The notes under the pieces were generated by a model. The model had not been told where the DNA came from and did no database searches. It saw nothing but the letters and a program-made list of their open reading frames with translations. From Guillardia theta CCMP2712 (Eukaryota > Protista > Cryptophyta): a stretch of DNA of 64,000 bases. The translations under genes and the position numbers were made by a program. The DNA lies in assembly GCF_000315625.1 (NCBI RefSeq), contig NW_005434663.1:310001-374000 (forward strand), read 5' to 3'. Shown here in pieces: positions 37,690 through 50,086 of the stretch (within the stretch, counting starts at the first letter, position 1; each line of letters opens with the position of its first letter).

Positions 37690-40600
37690 TTATGTCACAT
37701 GATGGACGCGTGTGTCTGCAATCGCACCAGCCGTCTCAGCAACCCGCCTCCACCTCTACTCCTCTCCTCTCTCTCTTCTGCTATCCTCTCCTTCTTTCCC
37801 CTTCTGCTCTGCTTCTCGTCTCCCCTCTTGCTATCGTCACCTCCTCTCCTCTCCCCACCGCACCGCTCCTCTCCTCCCTCCCCTCCTCTACTCCTTTTCT
37901 TCTTGTCACCTTGCGCAAGTTGACGCTGCCGCCCTGCGGATTATCCACGACCACCTTAAGTGCGTCATCTGCTATGAGCACGAAGCAGAGGAGGGGAGGA
38001 GAGAGGAGAGGAGGGGAGGGGAGGGAACAGGTGAGAAAGAAAGAGGAGGAGACGGGTGAGAAGGGGAAGTGGAGGGGAGGGGAGGGGAGGTAGGGGGGCA
38101 GGGGAGGAGAGGAGAAGGAGGAGAGAGGAGAGGAGGATAGAAAGGAGAAGCAATAAGTAACAATGACAAGTTTCTTACAAACTCTGAGTTCGAGACATTT
38201 CTTGTGCGCGAGGAAGTCTTCAAACTTGAATGTTTGCCAGCGGGCAAGACGCGATCAATCTCTGACAACCAGGCGTTCCTGAACATGATCTGAGTTGTTG
38301 ATACCACAAGGGAGTAGGAGTAGGAGTAGGAGGATGAGAATAAGCAAGAGTAGGAGTAGGAATAGGAGGAGGAAGAGTAGGAGTATGAGGAGGAGGAGGA
38401 GGAGGAGGAGGAGGAGGAGGAGGAGGAGGAGGAGGAGTAGGAGGAGGAGTAGGAGGAGGAGTAGGAGGAGTAGGATTAAGAGCCGATGATGATGATTGAA
38501 GGGATGTTGATGGCAATTTGCTGAGCATTGCGGATGATTGTAGCATGAAAAGATGAGGCAAAGACAGAAGTTCACATGTCTATGGGTTCGTCCTTCGGAT
38601 CAGAATGAGTTGGTCGTATCGAATTCATGAAGTTGTCTTCTTGCGGATCAGAATGAGTTCGTCGTATCGAATTCATGAAGTTGTCTTCTTGCCGCTGAAT
38701 CGCAATCATGATCGATGTTGAATCGTTTCTTCTCATCTTCTTACCTCATTCTGTGCTGCAGGGTGAATTTGGAAGAGATTGTGAAAACCCTGGAAAATGA
38801 CCATCAAGACCTTCAGCATTAAGATTGCTATCATATCAGCATAACATAGATCCTCTCCTCTTCATCTCTGTCTTATCAGGATGGCATGAAGCAGCAACAT
38901 ATTGCTGCTCACGTTGGTGCTCGAACGTCGTCCTTCCGGCTTGTTGAGTTTTCGTCTCTCGGTGTCAACTTCTCTCGGCATGGTTCTCCTCGTCTTCTTT
39001 GCTTCCTCCTTTGTATGTTTCGACGACAGATTGTCGATCTTGTTTTCAAGCGCTTCCAATCTGCAATCATCGAGGCAACTTCATTACTATTGCCTTTGAT
39101 ATGTTCCCCTCCTCCCTTCCTCCCCTAATCCTCCTCCTCGAATTGCAATTTTCATCACCATCGTTCTCAAACCGAATAGACTCGATCAACAACAATCAGT
39201 ACATGTAACCATCCTCTTCATGATCAGGATCAGGATCAGGATCAGGATCAGGATCAGGATCAGGATCAGGATCAGGATCAGGATCAGGATCATATAGCTG
39301 TGAAAGCAGGAGAGAGCAACCTTTCCATGATAGCAGTATTATGCTTGTTCACAGCAGCCATGAATTGCATCATCATTTCCTGCATGCCGTCAGGTCAGCA
39401 TAGAGTTTCGATCGACTTTGAAACCTTGGATTCATCTCCTCCCCTTGACGTCTTTGAGTCTTCCACGTGCGATATGCTCGAGCTTTGCTGCTGCTCCTCT
39501 TCCCTCGTCCTCTTGCTGACGTCAACCCCAAGCGTTCTCTTCGTGATGTCTCCCACCGCGAGCTTCAGCGCGAACATGACGAAGCCGAAGTGCTGGTCGT
39601 CCCTCATGACAGCTGGGAGAGAGTTGGCCAGGTTTCTCTCGGCGAAGCTCAACATCTGGATCCGCAAAGTCCTCTCGAACGCGTCTTTGTCCAGCTCGCC
39701 ATCAGCATCGCACAGAGAGTGCTGGAGGGTGATGGCGTTGTACTCGTCCTGGGAGAAATTGATCCTGGGCTTGAACTCCATCTTCTTAAGCCCCTCATAG
39801 AGCTCCTGCCAGCTCAGCGCGCCGGATCGGTCGACGTCGAGGCGGTCGAAGAGGTCGGAGCAGCGTTTCTTCATCTCCTCATCGGACTTGACGTTGATGA
39901 AGGTCTGAAGGAGCGGGTCGATGGATGTTGTTGTCCCCTCCCCCCTTTCTCGCTCCAGCTTCTCCCGCTCGTTCTTGTCCTTCTCCCTCCTTGTCGCCGT
40001 GGTGAAGTTGTCTAGGAGGACGGCGATGACGACGGGGAGAAGGGTAAAGGAGACGATGATGAGGAAGGAGACGAAGAACAGAGCCGATCCTGGAGTCATC
40101 GAGCCATCCGCGTTGAAGAGATCGCGGGAGATGCTTGCCCAGTCATCGAACGTTGACACCTGACAACTGATTTACATCTCCCCTCCTCCTCTCTACCTCT
40201 ATCCTGCCTTCTTTCCTCTCCCTCCGCCTGCCTGCCTGCCTGCATGTCTCCTTCCTCCTTCCTTACTCTCTCTCTGCCTTTCTCACTCGTTCCCCAGCAT
40301 CTCTTGATCACTCACTTGAAACATGGTGAAGATTCCCTGCGAAGAACAATTAAAGGCGAGGCTCCCCTAAGACGCGAGACGATCGCAGGACCTGGGCGAA
40401 GGTTTTGAAGTGATTCTCGTCTCGCTTGCGGAAGAAGCTCACTCCCAGCACCTTGCAAGAGTTTCAGCGGAGGGACAGGGCAGTCAGAGAGACAACTGAC
40501 CGCATAGATGGCCATGACGAGAAAGACGATCAGCATCGCGTTGAGAACAGGCCTGACGTGTCAAAGTCAATCTTGACCATGGCTGACCCTCCTGTGTTGT

Positions 40601-42978
40601 CGTTACAAGATGGAGGCCGTGAGAGCATTGATCAACATCCTTAAAGATTTCAGCCTGAAGAATCAAATCATCAGCCTCACCTCCTCCTCCTCCCCTTTGC
40701 CTTCTATTCCTCCTCCTCCTCCTCCTCTTCGCTGTCCATTCATCCTCCTTTTTCTCCTCCTCCTCCTCCTCCTCCTTGCTTTCTCCATTTTCTTCTCCTT
40801 CTCTTCCTCGCCTATCGTCCTCTCTTGTCCCCTCTCCTGCTCTCCCTCTCCTGCTCTCCCCCATCTTCACTCACCTCGCAAAGATCCTCATCACTCGAAA
40901 CGCTCGGAGCAATCGAAGAGTCTTGATGAAGGGCAAACTCACTGCGCCTAGTCGTCACAAGGCAGCCTGCAACGTGACGACCATGAAGACCTGGTCCGAG
41001 CGAGACGATGGTGACTGAGACTACAATAAAGTCGAACACGTTCCAACTGGAAACAGGAATGTGAGTCACTTCGACCCTCCTGCTTGGTTCTCCTACTTGT
41101 CTCTCCAGAATTCAAAAAACCAATGGGCACACATATTGACCAGCAGCTCGAACGCAAACACGAGCGTGAAACCCTGTTCACACCCGCCAGTCAGAAAGTT
41201 TTGCATAAGTCATGATGACAGTCATATCACCACGTCGAGCATCTCAAACATGTGCGATGTACTCGATCCCTCCTCCGGCGTCACCTTCACATTCATTTGC
41301 ATCTGCAATGTAGCGCGCACCTTCCTCTCTTTACCTGCAGCTCTGCTGCTGTAGCACAGAAGTTCAATGCAATGAGAAGAGCGAAGAATGTTTGTGTTAT
41401 GTTTGAATCGTAGACTCTTGATAGGTTTTTCTACATTACCATGCAATAGTCATCATCTACCAGGATGCAGAAACCTTCACTGCTTACCCTTAGAGTCGTC
41501 CAGAAGTTGTTTCTCTTCCACGTTTTGGTTGCACTATACAAGCAGGTTGAGAAGTCTACTAACTCCACATGTCAAATCTTACACAGTAATCTGATGCTCC
41601 ATGGTTGAGATCCACTCCTCGACAAACTGCAGAAGAAAAGTCCTTCAGAAGCATCGGCAAGGCAGCATCATTGGCGAGAGGGTTGCAATAATGAGAAGAA
41701 TGAAGAGAATAGTACATAAATCACACAGTACATCACCTTGATCTTGTAATCCTCCGACAACTTATCAAGACTGAAGATTCGAAATGAATATGTTCTTCCT
41801 GTAGTATGCTTCACTTCCCTTCCACCACATAAGGTATAAACAAGTGCCTGAGTTGTACCCATCAGCAATCGTCCTGACATGCAGAATCTCCTGATTTTCC
41901 AAGCTCATTGGCATAAATCAAGTAGAGCTAACAGTTGCGAACCTTGCTCTCCATCAGGATTGCTGGCAGAATCGATCTCTGAAACTCTTCGAACTGAATG
42001 CTTCCTGCAAACAAACATTTCAACGCTTCGTCTGGCAGATTCGAACTTCCTGACCGTCCTTGTTCATGTCAGCTTCCTGTCAAGCAAGAATCTCAGAATT
42101 TTCAGAAGACAGCCTGTAGATTGTCTGACCTCGTAAATGGCTGCGATCCTCCTGGAACTGATCCCAAACCTCGACATCGCTAGGTTCAACTTCGGGAATG
42201 GCCATAGGTCAAGAAAGAGGCAGCGTGAAGAATCCTCCACCTCTTGCAACGACAGACATCCATTCCCGTCGGTATCGATCTCGTTGAAAAGCGCTTGGAT
42301 GTCATGATGACCGTTTTGCACAACCTCGATCTTCGAGTTCTTGTCAGCTCCGAGAGACAAGGTAACCCCAACCTCACCTCATGTAGGGGGATGTAATCCA
42401 ACATCACATCGTCGCCTTCTAGAGCGATAGCAAGACGATCTTTGAGCAACACAATCTGTTCAACGATTTCAGAAAAACAAAGAGAGCGAGTCAGGTCCAA
42501 ACCTTTCGTCTTTGCTCTCCAGCACCATAATAAAAGGTGTCTGGTGGATTCATTGATAGGCGTCACACATAAGGCAGCTGTTTGATCTGTTCACCTGATT
42601 TGACGATTTGAAACTGTGAGATCAGAGGATTTGTATTGTCAATCTTGGAAATTCCCAGGCTATTTCACGCAAGGTGAGATTGGCACTACGGGGTTGGTCG
42701 CAATGCTCACCCGACTTGGGCTTTGAGCATCTTCCGTGCACCATTCGCTGCTGTGCTTGCCACGAAAGCCATACTTGTGTAGGAATATAGCTTCCTCCTC
42801 CCCTAGAGGCGAATGACAAAAAGACGAAAGATCAAATCACTCGCCAAGGCGACAAAATAGAGACATGACTGATGCTCTCACTTCGACTCTATCCTACAAA
42901 CACCCTTCAGTCTTCTCTCACTCTCTTCGTATCTTCTTCTGCTCCCTCTTCACTCTCTCTCCTCTCTTCTGCCGCCAT
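37690..42978 (-). CDS. Single-domain (6TM) voltage-gated cation channel, BacNav/CatSper/EukCat-like, with N-terminal PH-like + EF-hand region and C-terminal EF-hand/coiled coil
   Basis: S2 FTLVFAFELLVN; S3 WNVFDFIVV; S4 exon 40875-40947 IKTLRLLRAFRVMRIFAR; S5 PVLNAMLIVFLVMAIYA; pore GIFTMFQ|VSTFDDWASISR; S6 FFVSFLIIVSFTLLPVVIAVLLDNF; EF loops DTDGNGCLSLQE and DVDRSGALSWQE. Ends approximate. Confidence 0.9.
38596..38692. repeat. 48-bp direct repeat, two copies
   Basis: cggatcagaatgagtt[g/c]gtcgtatcgaattcatgaagttgtcttcttg at 38596 and 38644. Confidence 0.9.
39222..39292. repeat. (GATCAG)n microsatellite, ~12 copies, intronic
   Basis: Directly visible. Confidence 0.95.
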
Positions 42979-43627
42979 CCTTCGACCCCTTGCACCATGT
43001 CGCCACTTGTTGTTTGACGGAGTGACGTTCTTTTTTTTACGAGTAATTGTACCCCACCCCCTCCAAATCAAAATATCCTCAAACGTTTCCACCAAACACC
43101 ATCAAATTCGAGTCAAATTCACCCGTACATCATGACCCCTACCCCCCTTCTTGAATGTGGTTCTAAAATTTTCAGAGTCCATTTGACCATCACCCCAACC
43201 TCCTCGAATGACCACTAGAGTACCCCTCCTCAAAGAGGTCTTGACCACCCCTACCCTGTGATGAGAAGTCATGATATATCCTCCAAGTTGACATTCACAG
43301 ACCACTCATCCCCCTCATTCCCTTCACCTGTGATTTTTTTTTGGTCCGCATCAACGGCCGGGCTGGCGGCATGGCGGGCATGGTGGCCGCGCTCGGGGTG
43401 GCCATGGCGCGCGGCAAGGAGGAGGCGCTTCCTCGAGTCACTCACGTGAGCTGGTTGATGATGGGGATGAAGATGAAGGTTGCCCGCAGGTGGTCGAGCA
43501 TGGAGCGGCATGGAGGTCGGGGAGAATATTCAAGGGCGACGCCTTGGTCTCCATAGCAGGACATAACGTGTAATCTGAGAGGATGAGGTGGAGGGAAGAA
43601 ACATGACTTCACTTTCATAGGTCTGGG

Positions 43628-46600
43628 ATGAGCATGGAAGAGATTTCTCGTGTTGTTGATAGCATTGAGCGGCAAGACATCAACGTTGAAATGTTGTGTC
43701 TCGATGGAAGGTCAAAGTTTGTGATGTTAAACACAAGCGCAGAAGACCGCAGGCATCCATCGCAATTCACTGAGCATGAGAGGGGAACACGACAATCAAA
43801 TCAGAGATGGCTCAGTCAAGGTCAAGGTCAGGATACGGCCATGGTAGATATGATGACCAAGCTTGTTCGCCTTCAGAAGTTTGTGAAAAGGAAACCAGTC
43901 ATCTCAGCATTCGAAGCATGGATCGACAAGACTCACGAGCTGATACGCGTGCGAGAATTATGCAATAGAATAGTTCATCGTATGAAAGGCTCGTCAACTG
44001 CGAGATACTTCATGGGTTGGATGTACCTGGTCCAAGAGCGGATTAGAATCAGGGAGTGGTATGCAGGACATGAGGAGAAGATCAGGAGCAAGAGACAATC
44101 TTCTCTGGGGTTCGACTCCTTTTGTCGTTGGCGGCTAGGCTGTGCAGTCAGCAATCCTTGGGGTCTTGTTTTCAGCTGGGAGCTTGACACGTCTGAGGTA
44201 GACTTCGTTGTGACAGCAATACAGCGCAGGAAGGCATTTGGTTCCCCATATGAGGAGTGTGCAGTTGGACTAGACTTTCCTGCCTTGGAAGGAATGACAG
44301 TGAGATTGAGTTCTCAGGGTCGCTCTGCGCTCAATGGCATGAACTTTCGAACTCGAGGAGAGGAGGGGCCTGGGGTTGTTCTGCAAGCCAACGAGGGGGA
44401 GGTAGTCGTAGTGCAGTGGATAAACAGCGGGAGGATCAAGAGCTACTGCACAGGACACTGCTTTCAATTCTGGTTGACACCTGCCACCGCAAGCATGAGT
44501 GAAGGGACAGGAAATCTTCATCTTGTCTTAAAGTTTCCAAGGTCGACTCCATGGTCGATGGGACAGTACGAAGATGAGGATGGTTTCCTTCATTCGCCGA
44601 TAGGCTGCTCACCAGAGAAGGCAAGAATCTTGCAATACGTGAAGGCGAGATTAATCAGAGATCACTACTTGAGACAGAAAGCGTCGAGTGTGCTGCAGAG
44701 CTTCTGGGTTGGAAGAATGTGCCGGCAACGCTACATCCTGATGGCCAGACAAATATGCGTGCTGCAGAGGATAGCTGTGTCTTGTGCGACAAGGAGCATC
44801 GTTCAACTCCCTCTCCTGTTGGAAGAGCGAGACAAGATCAGGAACGAGTCGGCAAGCACGCTGCAGGCAAGCCTGCGAGCAGAGATGGCTTCCAGGAATG
44901 TTGTGAAGTTGAAGGCTGTTGTGAACTCGGTGGTGAGAAGAAGGAGCTTCGTCGAAAGGCAAACGAGCGCAAAATCGTTGACAAGAGCTTGCTCAAGAGC
45001 GCTGGTTCAAATCCTTACGCGGAGGATGATAGTCGTCGAGCGGTCCGTTGAGATCATAGGTATCAGTGCGTTGAGAACAATCAGCCGCAGGAGACATGCG
45101 GAGACGATTGAAAGTTCTGCTCTACTCGTGTCCTTGGCCCGGGCAAGACAGTCAAAGAGTGACTACCAGCGGACTCGGTCTGCAGTATCCTCCCTCCAAG
45201 CAATGGTACGACGGGGTAGCGCAAGCAGGAGGTACTGCGATGGTTGGGTGGAGGCTGCAGTGAAGGGGATGGTCGAGGCTGTCGCATCCTCGTGTGCTAC
45301 CGTCCTCCAGGCTGCGGTCAGGAGGCGACTCGCCATCGACAGGAAGGAGAAGCTGCGGATTTCTGTGAAATTTCTCTCCGTCTGTTTCGTCCGGACGAAA
45401 TTCCGTCTGCAATGGCTGACCATCGTCCGTGCTGCCGTCCGCCTGCAGGCCAGCTGCAACTTCGCGCTGAACAGGATTGGAGAGGACGGGATTCGTTTCC
45501 TGAGCAGATTCTTGTGGAGGCGAGTGAGGAGGACGAGGCTCCTTTGCCGGCTGCAGGCAGCGCTAAGGATGGGTGTAGCTTCGACTGAGCACAGGGCTCG
45601 ACGAGCGGGGACCTGTGTGCTACAGGCGAAGCTGAGGAGGACGGTGAACAGGCTCGACTTCTCGATGCAGGTGAGAGGAAGGCATGAGCTTGCTGCCAAG
45701 GTCTGGCCGGTAGAGCGACTGCAAGCGTGCGCGAGGAGGAGGATAAGTCCTCCGCTGCTGCTCAAGTGGTCGTTCATGAACCCCCACGCTGTGATGAGGG
45801 TCCTTCAAGCAGCTGCGAGGAGAACAGAGAGGAGGAGCAGGTACGCGCTACGTTTTGCTGCCTCGATCACTCTCCAGGCCTGCCTGCGGTGTCGGCTGAT
45901 CCGCCTTCACTTCCTCTCTGCTCGGCTGTGGTGTGAGAGGAGGAAGCAGCCGTTCGACCGGCTCTTCTCCCGAGTCGTCGGGCATTCGGTAGGGAAGGAG
46001 CAGCTGCGGGTCCAGGCAGGGAAGCAGCGGGGGATGTGGATGACGGAAGTCCCGCAAATCCGGGAGAGAGCTCGAAGCCTGCTGGGGTCGGAGGCGGTCG
46101 GGGAGACTCTGATGCAGACGGTGGAGAGGAGCGGGAGGGTGGAGGAGGCGAAAGTCTCCTGCCTCCTTCCCGCCATCCCACACGCTTCGCTGCCCCACCA
46201 GGTCCGAGTCGTCAAGAGGAGCTTGATGAAGCAGCAGCTCCCCTTCCTCCACGTGCCCAGGGACAGCACCATCGTGAGGAGGCTGCGGGAGCAGGAGGCA
46301 GAGGTCGACCGCTGCTCGCACCGAGAACGCGAGCAAGGGAAGATGGCGAGAGCGCTGCTGGAGGGCCAGGAGTCGCGAGTTCTACACTGCGAGCTGAGCA
46401 TGGCGGAAAGGCTGCAGGAGAGGATCCAGAGCTCGATGCTGGAGGAGGAGGTAGCGAAGCTGGAAAGGACCAGAGCTCTCAGCCAGACCGTCACCTTCAT
46501 GCCGCAAGGGCCGAGGGGCAACTCTCCCTGCTTCTCCCATCCTCGTCGCAAGATCAGTCTTCCTGCACCCGCAGAGGGGAAGCGTGTGCGTCGTTGGGAG

Positions 46601-46712
46601 AGGCAGGAGGGAGGAGAGGAAACGGATGGGCGGCGGGGAGACAAGCACTCTCGTGAAGGTCAAGAACCTCTGGATGAGGAAAACAGGCTCCTTCAGCAGA
46701 AGGAAGTGCATG

Positions 46713-46755
<43 letters not shown>

Positions 46756-46756
46756 A

Positions 46757-46821
<65 letters not shown>

Positions 46822-47770
46822 AGTACGGCCTTCATCAGCAGCTATCCGTTACAATGCCCTGAAGAGGAGGAGGCTGCAGATCCAGCGGGAGGCGGAAGAG
46901 GCGAAGGAGAGGAGGCTGAAATGGCTGCTGGCGGAGCTGGAGCAGGAGCAGGGGGGGCAGCAGCTGACGGTGAAGAGCGGGCAGGTGATGCGCTGCCTTG
47001 CAGAAGCAGAGATCGTAGAGGAGAGGATGCGAACGATGGTGCGAGGAGGAGCCAACGTCACGCTCCTGCTGAGGCTGTCGGAGCTGGTGCAGGAGAAGAG
47101 GGCCGAGGCAATGCGGCTGAGCGCAGCGATCAAGATCCAGCGATGGTTCCACAGCACCGTGAAGGGCTGGAGGGAGAAGAAGAGGAGGAGGGAGGAGGAG
47201 GTCAAGACCGCAAAGAGTAGGACGACGGTTATGAGGACGCAGCGATGGCTGGAGCAGCACGACGGGGAGGAGGCGAGCAGGGGCGCTTTGTCGCTGGTGA
47301 ATATCAGGAGGAGCAAGATGAATCACGCGAGGATAACGCGCAACGCCCCGACGGTGAGGAAGAGGGCGGCAGCGAAGCTGCAGGCGGCCGTGAGGATGGA
47401 GGCGAGGAGGAGCGAGTTCATGGAGTCCTTCTCCTCCCTCACCTTCCGCCGCCTCCTCTCCTCCATCGTCACCCTCCAGTCCGCCTGCCGCCGCCTGCTC
47501 CTCCAGCAAGAGGCCCGCAGAATCGCGCCAGCCATCATGATCCTGCAAGGAAAAGTCCGGTGCTTCCTCGAGCGAGACGCATACCACGAGAGCGTGAGGA
47601 GGAGGATAGCAGAGGAGACGCTGCAGGTCAAGGCGAAGGCGGCAAGGCTGCTGCAGGGAGGGCTGAGGAGGCAGCTGATGCGGCTGCGGAAGGAGCAGGA
47701 GAAGGTTCGGTTTGAGTCCGCCATGAGGATCGGAGATCGGATCATCACGTATGAAAGCATCTTCCGGTGA
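43628..47770 (+). CDS. Large IQ-motif-repeat (calmodulin/centrin-binding, ASPM/Sfi1-like) protein with a Mib/HERC2-like SH3-fold domain; major exon
   Basis: 1380-aa uninterrupted ORF with many LQAxxR motifs (LQAAVRRR, LQACARRR, IQRWF). GPGVV..EVVVVQWINSGRIKSYCTG resembles Mib/HERC2. Probably has further small exons (GTGAG donor at ~47767). Confidence 0.75.
46715..46821 (+). repeat. (GAGCAG)n coding repeat, poly-EQ tract
   Basis: Directly visible inside the IQ ORF. Confidence 0.9.
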
Positions 47771-48068
47771 GCAGGGCACGGACAACGTGAGACAGGTCGA
47801 GGAGGAGGAGGAGGAGGAGGAGGAGGAGGAGGAGGAGGAGGAGGAGGAGTGAGATGATAGCAGAGCGGGTGAGAGGGGAGTGCAAGAGGGGAGGAGGGAA
47901 GGGAAGGATGGCTGGAAGGGCGAGGAGAGGCAAAATCAGTGCGGTATGTACAATAACAAGATGATTTGTCCTCATCATATCCCCGAAAGCGCCAAGATTG
48001 CACGTAGTCTTGGTAAGTCCTGGAAACTTCTCAGCAACGAAAGTGGAAGGGAATGAAAGCGATGCAAG

Positions 48069-48115
<47 letters not shown>

Positions 48116-48215
48116 TAGAAGTACATTTTCTAGCCGCTCGATGGCTTTGATGGTCCTTTTCAAACAATCCGAGCTCTGATTCAAAACAAACAACGATTTC
48201 ACCATCATCATCATT

Positions 48216-48260
<45 letters not shown>

Positions 48261-48354
48261 AGCAACAACAACAACAAACTGCTACCGCCTCCTCTTCCTC
48301 CTCTTCCTGTTCCCCTCCTGTTCCCCCTCTTCTCCCCATCGTCATCGATCGTGA

Positions 48355-49971
48355 GGGCAGATCAAGTCACCTCCAAAAGAGCTTTTCTCTCTCTAGAGTC
48401 CATGTCAAACGTTCTGCCGTTCCGTCAGCTGACTGAAATCATCCGACACGACAACCGCAGGACTAGGAACGAAGTCATCTCTGCTTGCAGCAGAGCTCGA
48501 TCTTGCACGTCCCTCGTATCCTCCCAGGACACGGGGAGGGAGGAGAGACTGCGAGAGATTGGATCAGTCTAGACGAGAGGAAAAGGAGGGAGGGGGGGAG
48601 GACAGAAGAAAGAGAACGAAGGACTTCAACACCATCAACCTTGCAAGAAGCTCGTCAAGTTGTTCCCCGAGGCTTCTTTGATCAACAGATTGAAGAATGC
48701 CCTCTGCGATTCCATCAGAGCCAACAAAGAGGTCGACATCAACAAGAAGCCTGACAGTCTGAACTTGAAGACACAACCAGAATACATCGCAGCAGCAAGC
48801 ACAACAAGACGGCAGCACAACAGAACAGCACATTCATGAAATTTCTGCCACCTTATGACATGACGAACCTGCAGTTTTTCTGCCCGTGGAACGTTCTCTG
48901 GCCGTGGAGTTGACGAGTTTCATGTGCTCGTCGAAGGGAATATCCGCGAGGAAGGCGCTATCCCTGACCTCTTCCATCTTCTTCTCGAATCTTTTCTTCA
49001 CTATCGCCGCCTGCACCTGCTTGTACTCTTCGTACAGCTTGGTCATCTTCTCCTGCGGACTGAGATTTACCGTTGCAGCCCCCATGTGAAAATGGAAAGA
49101 TGTTGAGAGACGTCGTGGGTGTGGAAAGACATGTAGGAAGACATGTAGAAAGACTTGTTGAAAGACATGTTGAAAGACATGTTGAAAGACATGTTGAAAG
49201 ACATGTTGAAAGGCATGTTGAAGGACATGTTGAAGGACATGTTGAAAGAAATGTCGACATGTATTTCATCACCTGCAAGCTCTTCAGGATCTCAACACTC
49301 CTTGCCGTCATCACAGCATCTCGTTTCGGAACCGCCGACGCCACGATGTACGGCTTGTCATGTACGAGAGCAAGGAGCTGCAGCCGACCAAACGCTCTCA
49401 CCAGACTCCTCGTCTCCTCTGCAGCCACAACTTTGACCAGAATGGCCGTTGACCCGGACAGAAAGCCGACGTTGCCACCCGTCGGCTCTCTGCTGTTTGC
49501 GCCGGACACGTATGCCATGCTCGCATTCTTGGCGAGAGTTTCGCGCAGGAGAAGCTCATCGGAGGGTTTGCTGGCTGAGATCCACTTCTCCTCTCCCGGA
49601 AAGATTTCTTCTCCGAACACTTTGACCAGCACAGGTATGTCTATAGCGTTCTTCTTGGAAGCATCGTAGCCCTTGGCCGACGTGAACATCCATTCATCGC
49701 TCCCTGTCATTCTCAGCATAACCTGAGAAGATCTCAAGCTCGCTCTCCTATGATTCTTGTCTATCCTTCCTATCAGGCAACATCGTCGTCGTTGACCCTG
49801 GCACCTTGCCACCTTGCATGGCAGATATCCCACGAACCCAGCACAAGGCTGCATCCTCCCATCTCCTCTCATCGTCTTTCCCTGCAAGCTCTCTTCTCCC
49901 ATCGTCGCTCCAACCGTCATCATCCCCCCTGCCATGGCTACTAACAAACACAGCCCCAGCACACCTTGCAT
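48355..49971 (-). CDS. Lon N-terminal substrate-binding (PUA-like) domain protein, predicted bipartite (plastid-type) targeting
   Basis: IPVLVKVFGEEIFPGEEKW..ETL..AILVKV..LVRAFGRLQLL..KPYIVASA resembles Lon-N. Hydrophobic MQGVLGLCLLVAMAG plus an AGF..R-rich segment. No AAA+/protease exons seen. 3' end approximate. Confidence 0.7.
49120..49260. repeat. 12-bp tandem repeat (GTTGAAAGACAT)n in an intron of the Lon-N gene
   Basis: About 11 degenerate units; yields STCL/ERHV/LKDM ORF repeats. Confidence 0.85.
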
Positions 49972-50086
49972 TTTTTCGGCCCCTACCCCCTTCTCAGTAC
50001 CCCACTAGTCCCATTTTACTCCGTACTAATTAACCACCCCCACCCCTCCATCATGAGCTCCCATTAGTCGGGGAATTTTATCAACG
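49972..50086. promoter_or_regulatory. 115-bp bidirectional promoter region with TACCCC/CACCCC motifs
   Basis: Lies between divergent ATGs at 49971 (-) and 50087 (+); contains ctaccccc, gtacccc, cacccccacccc. Confidence 0.6.

Noticed and set aside
47799-48280. Poly-L/M/P/H/R ORFs here and at 12660, 24050, 27850 and 38310
   Set aside because: These are translations of intronic or intergenic (GGA)n, (GGGA)n, (CAT)n and (GGAGCA)n microsatellites.
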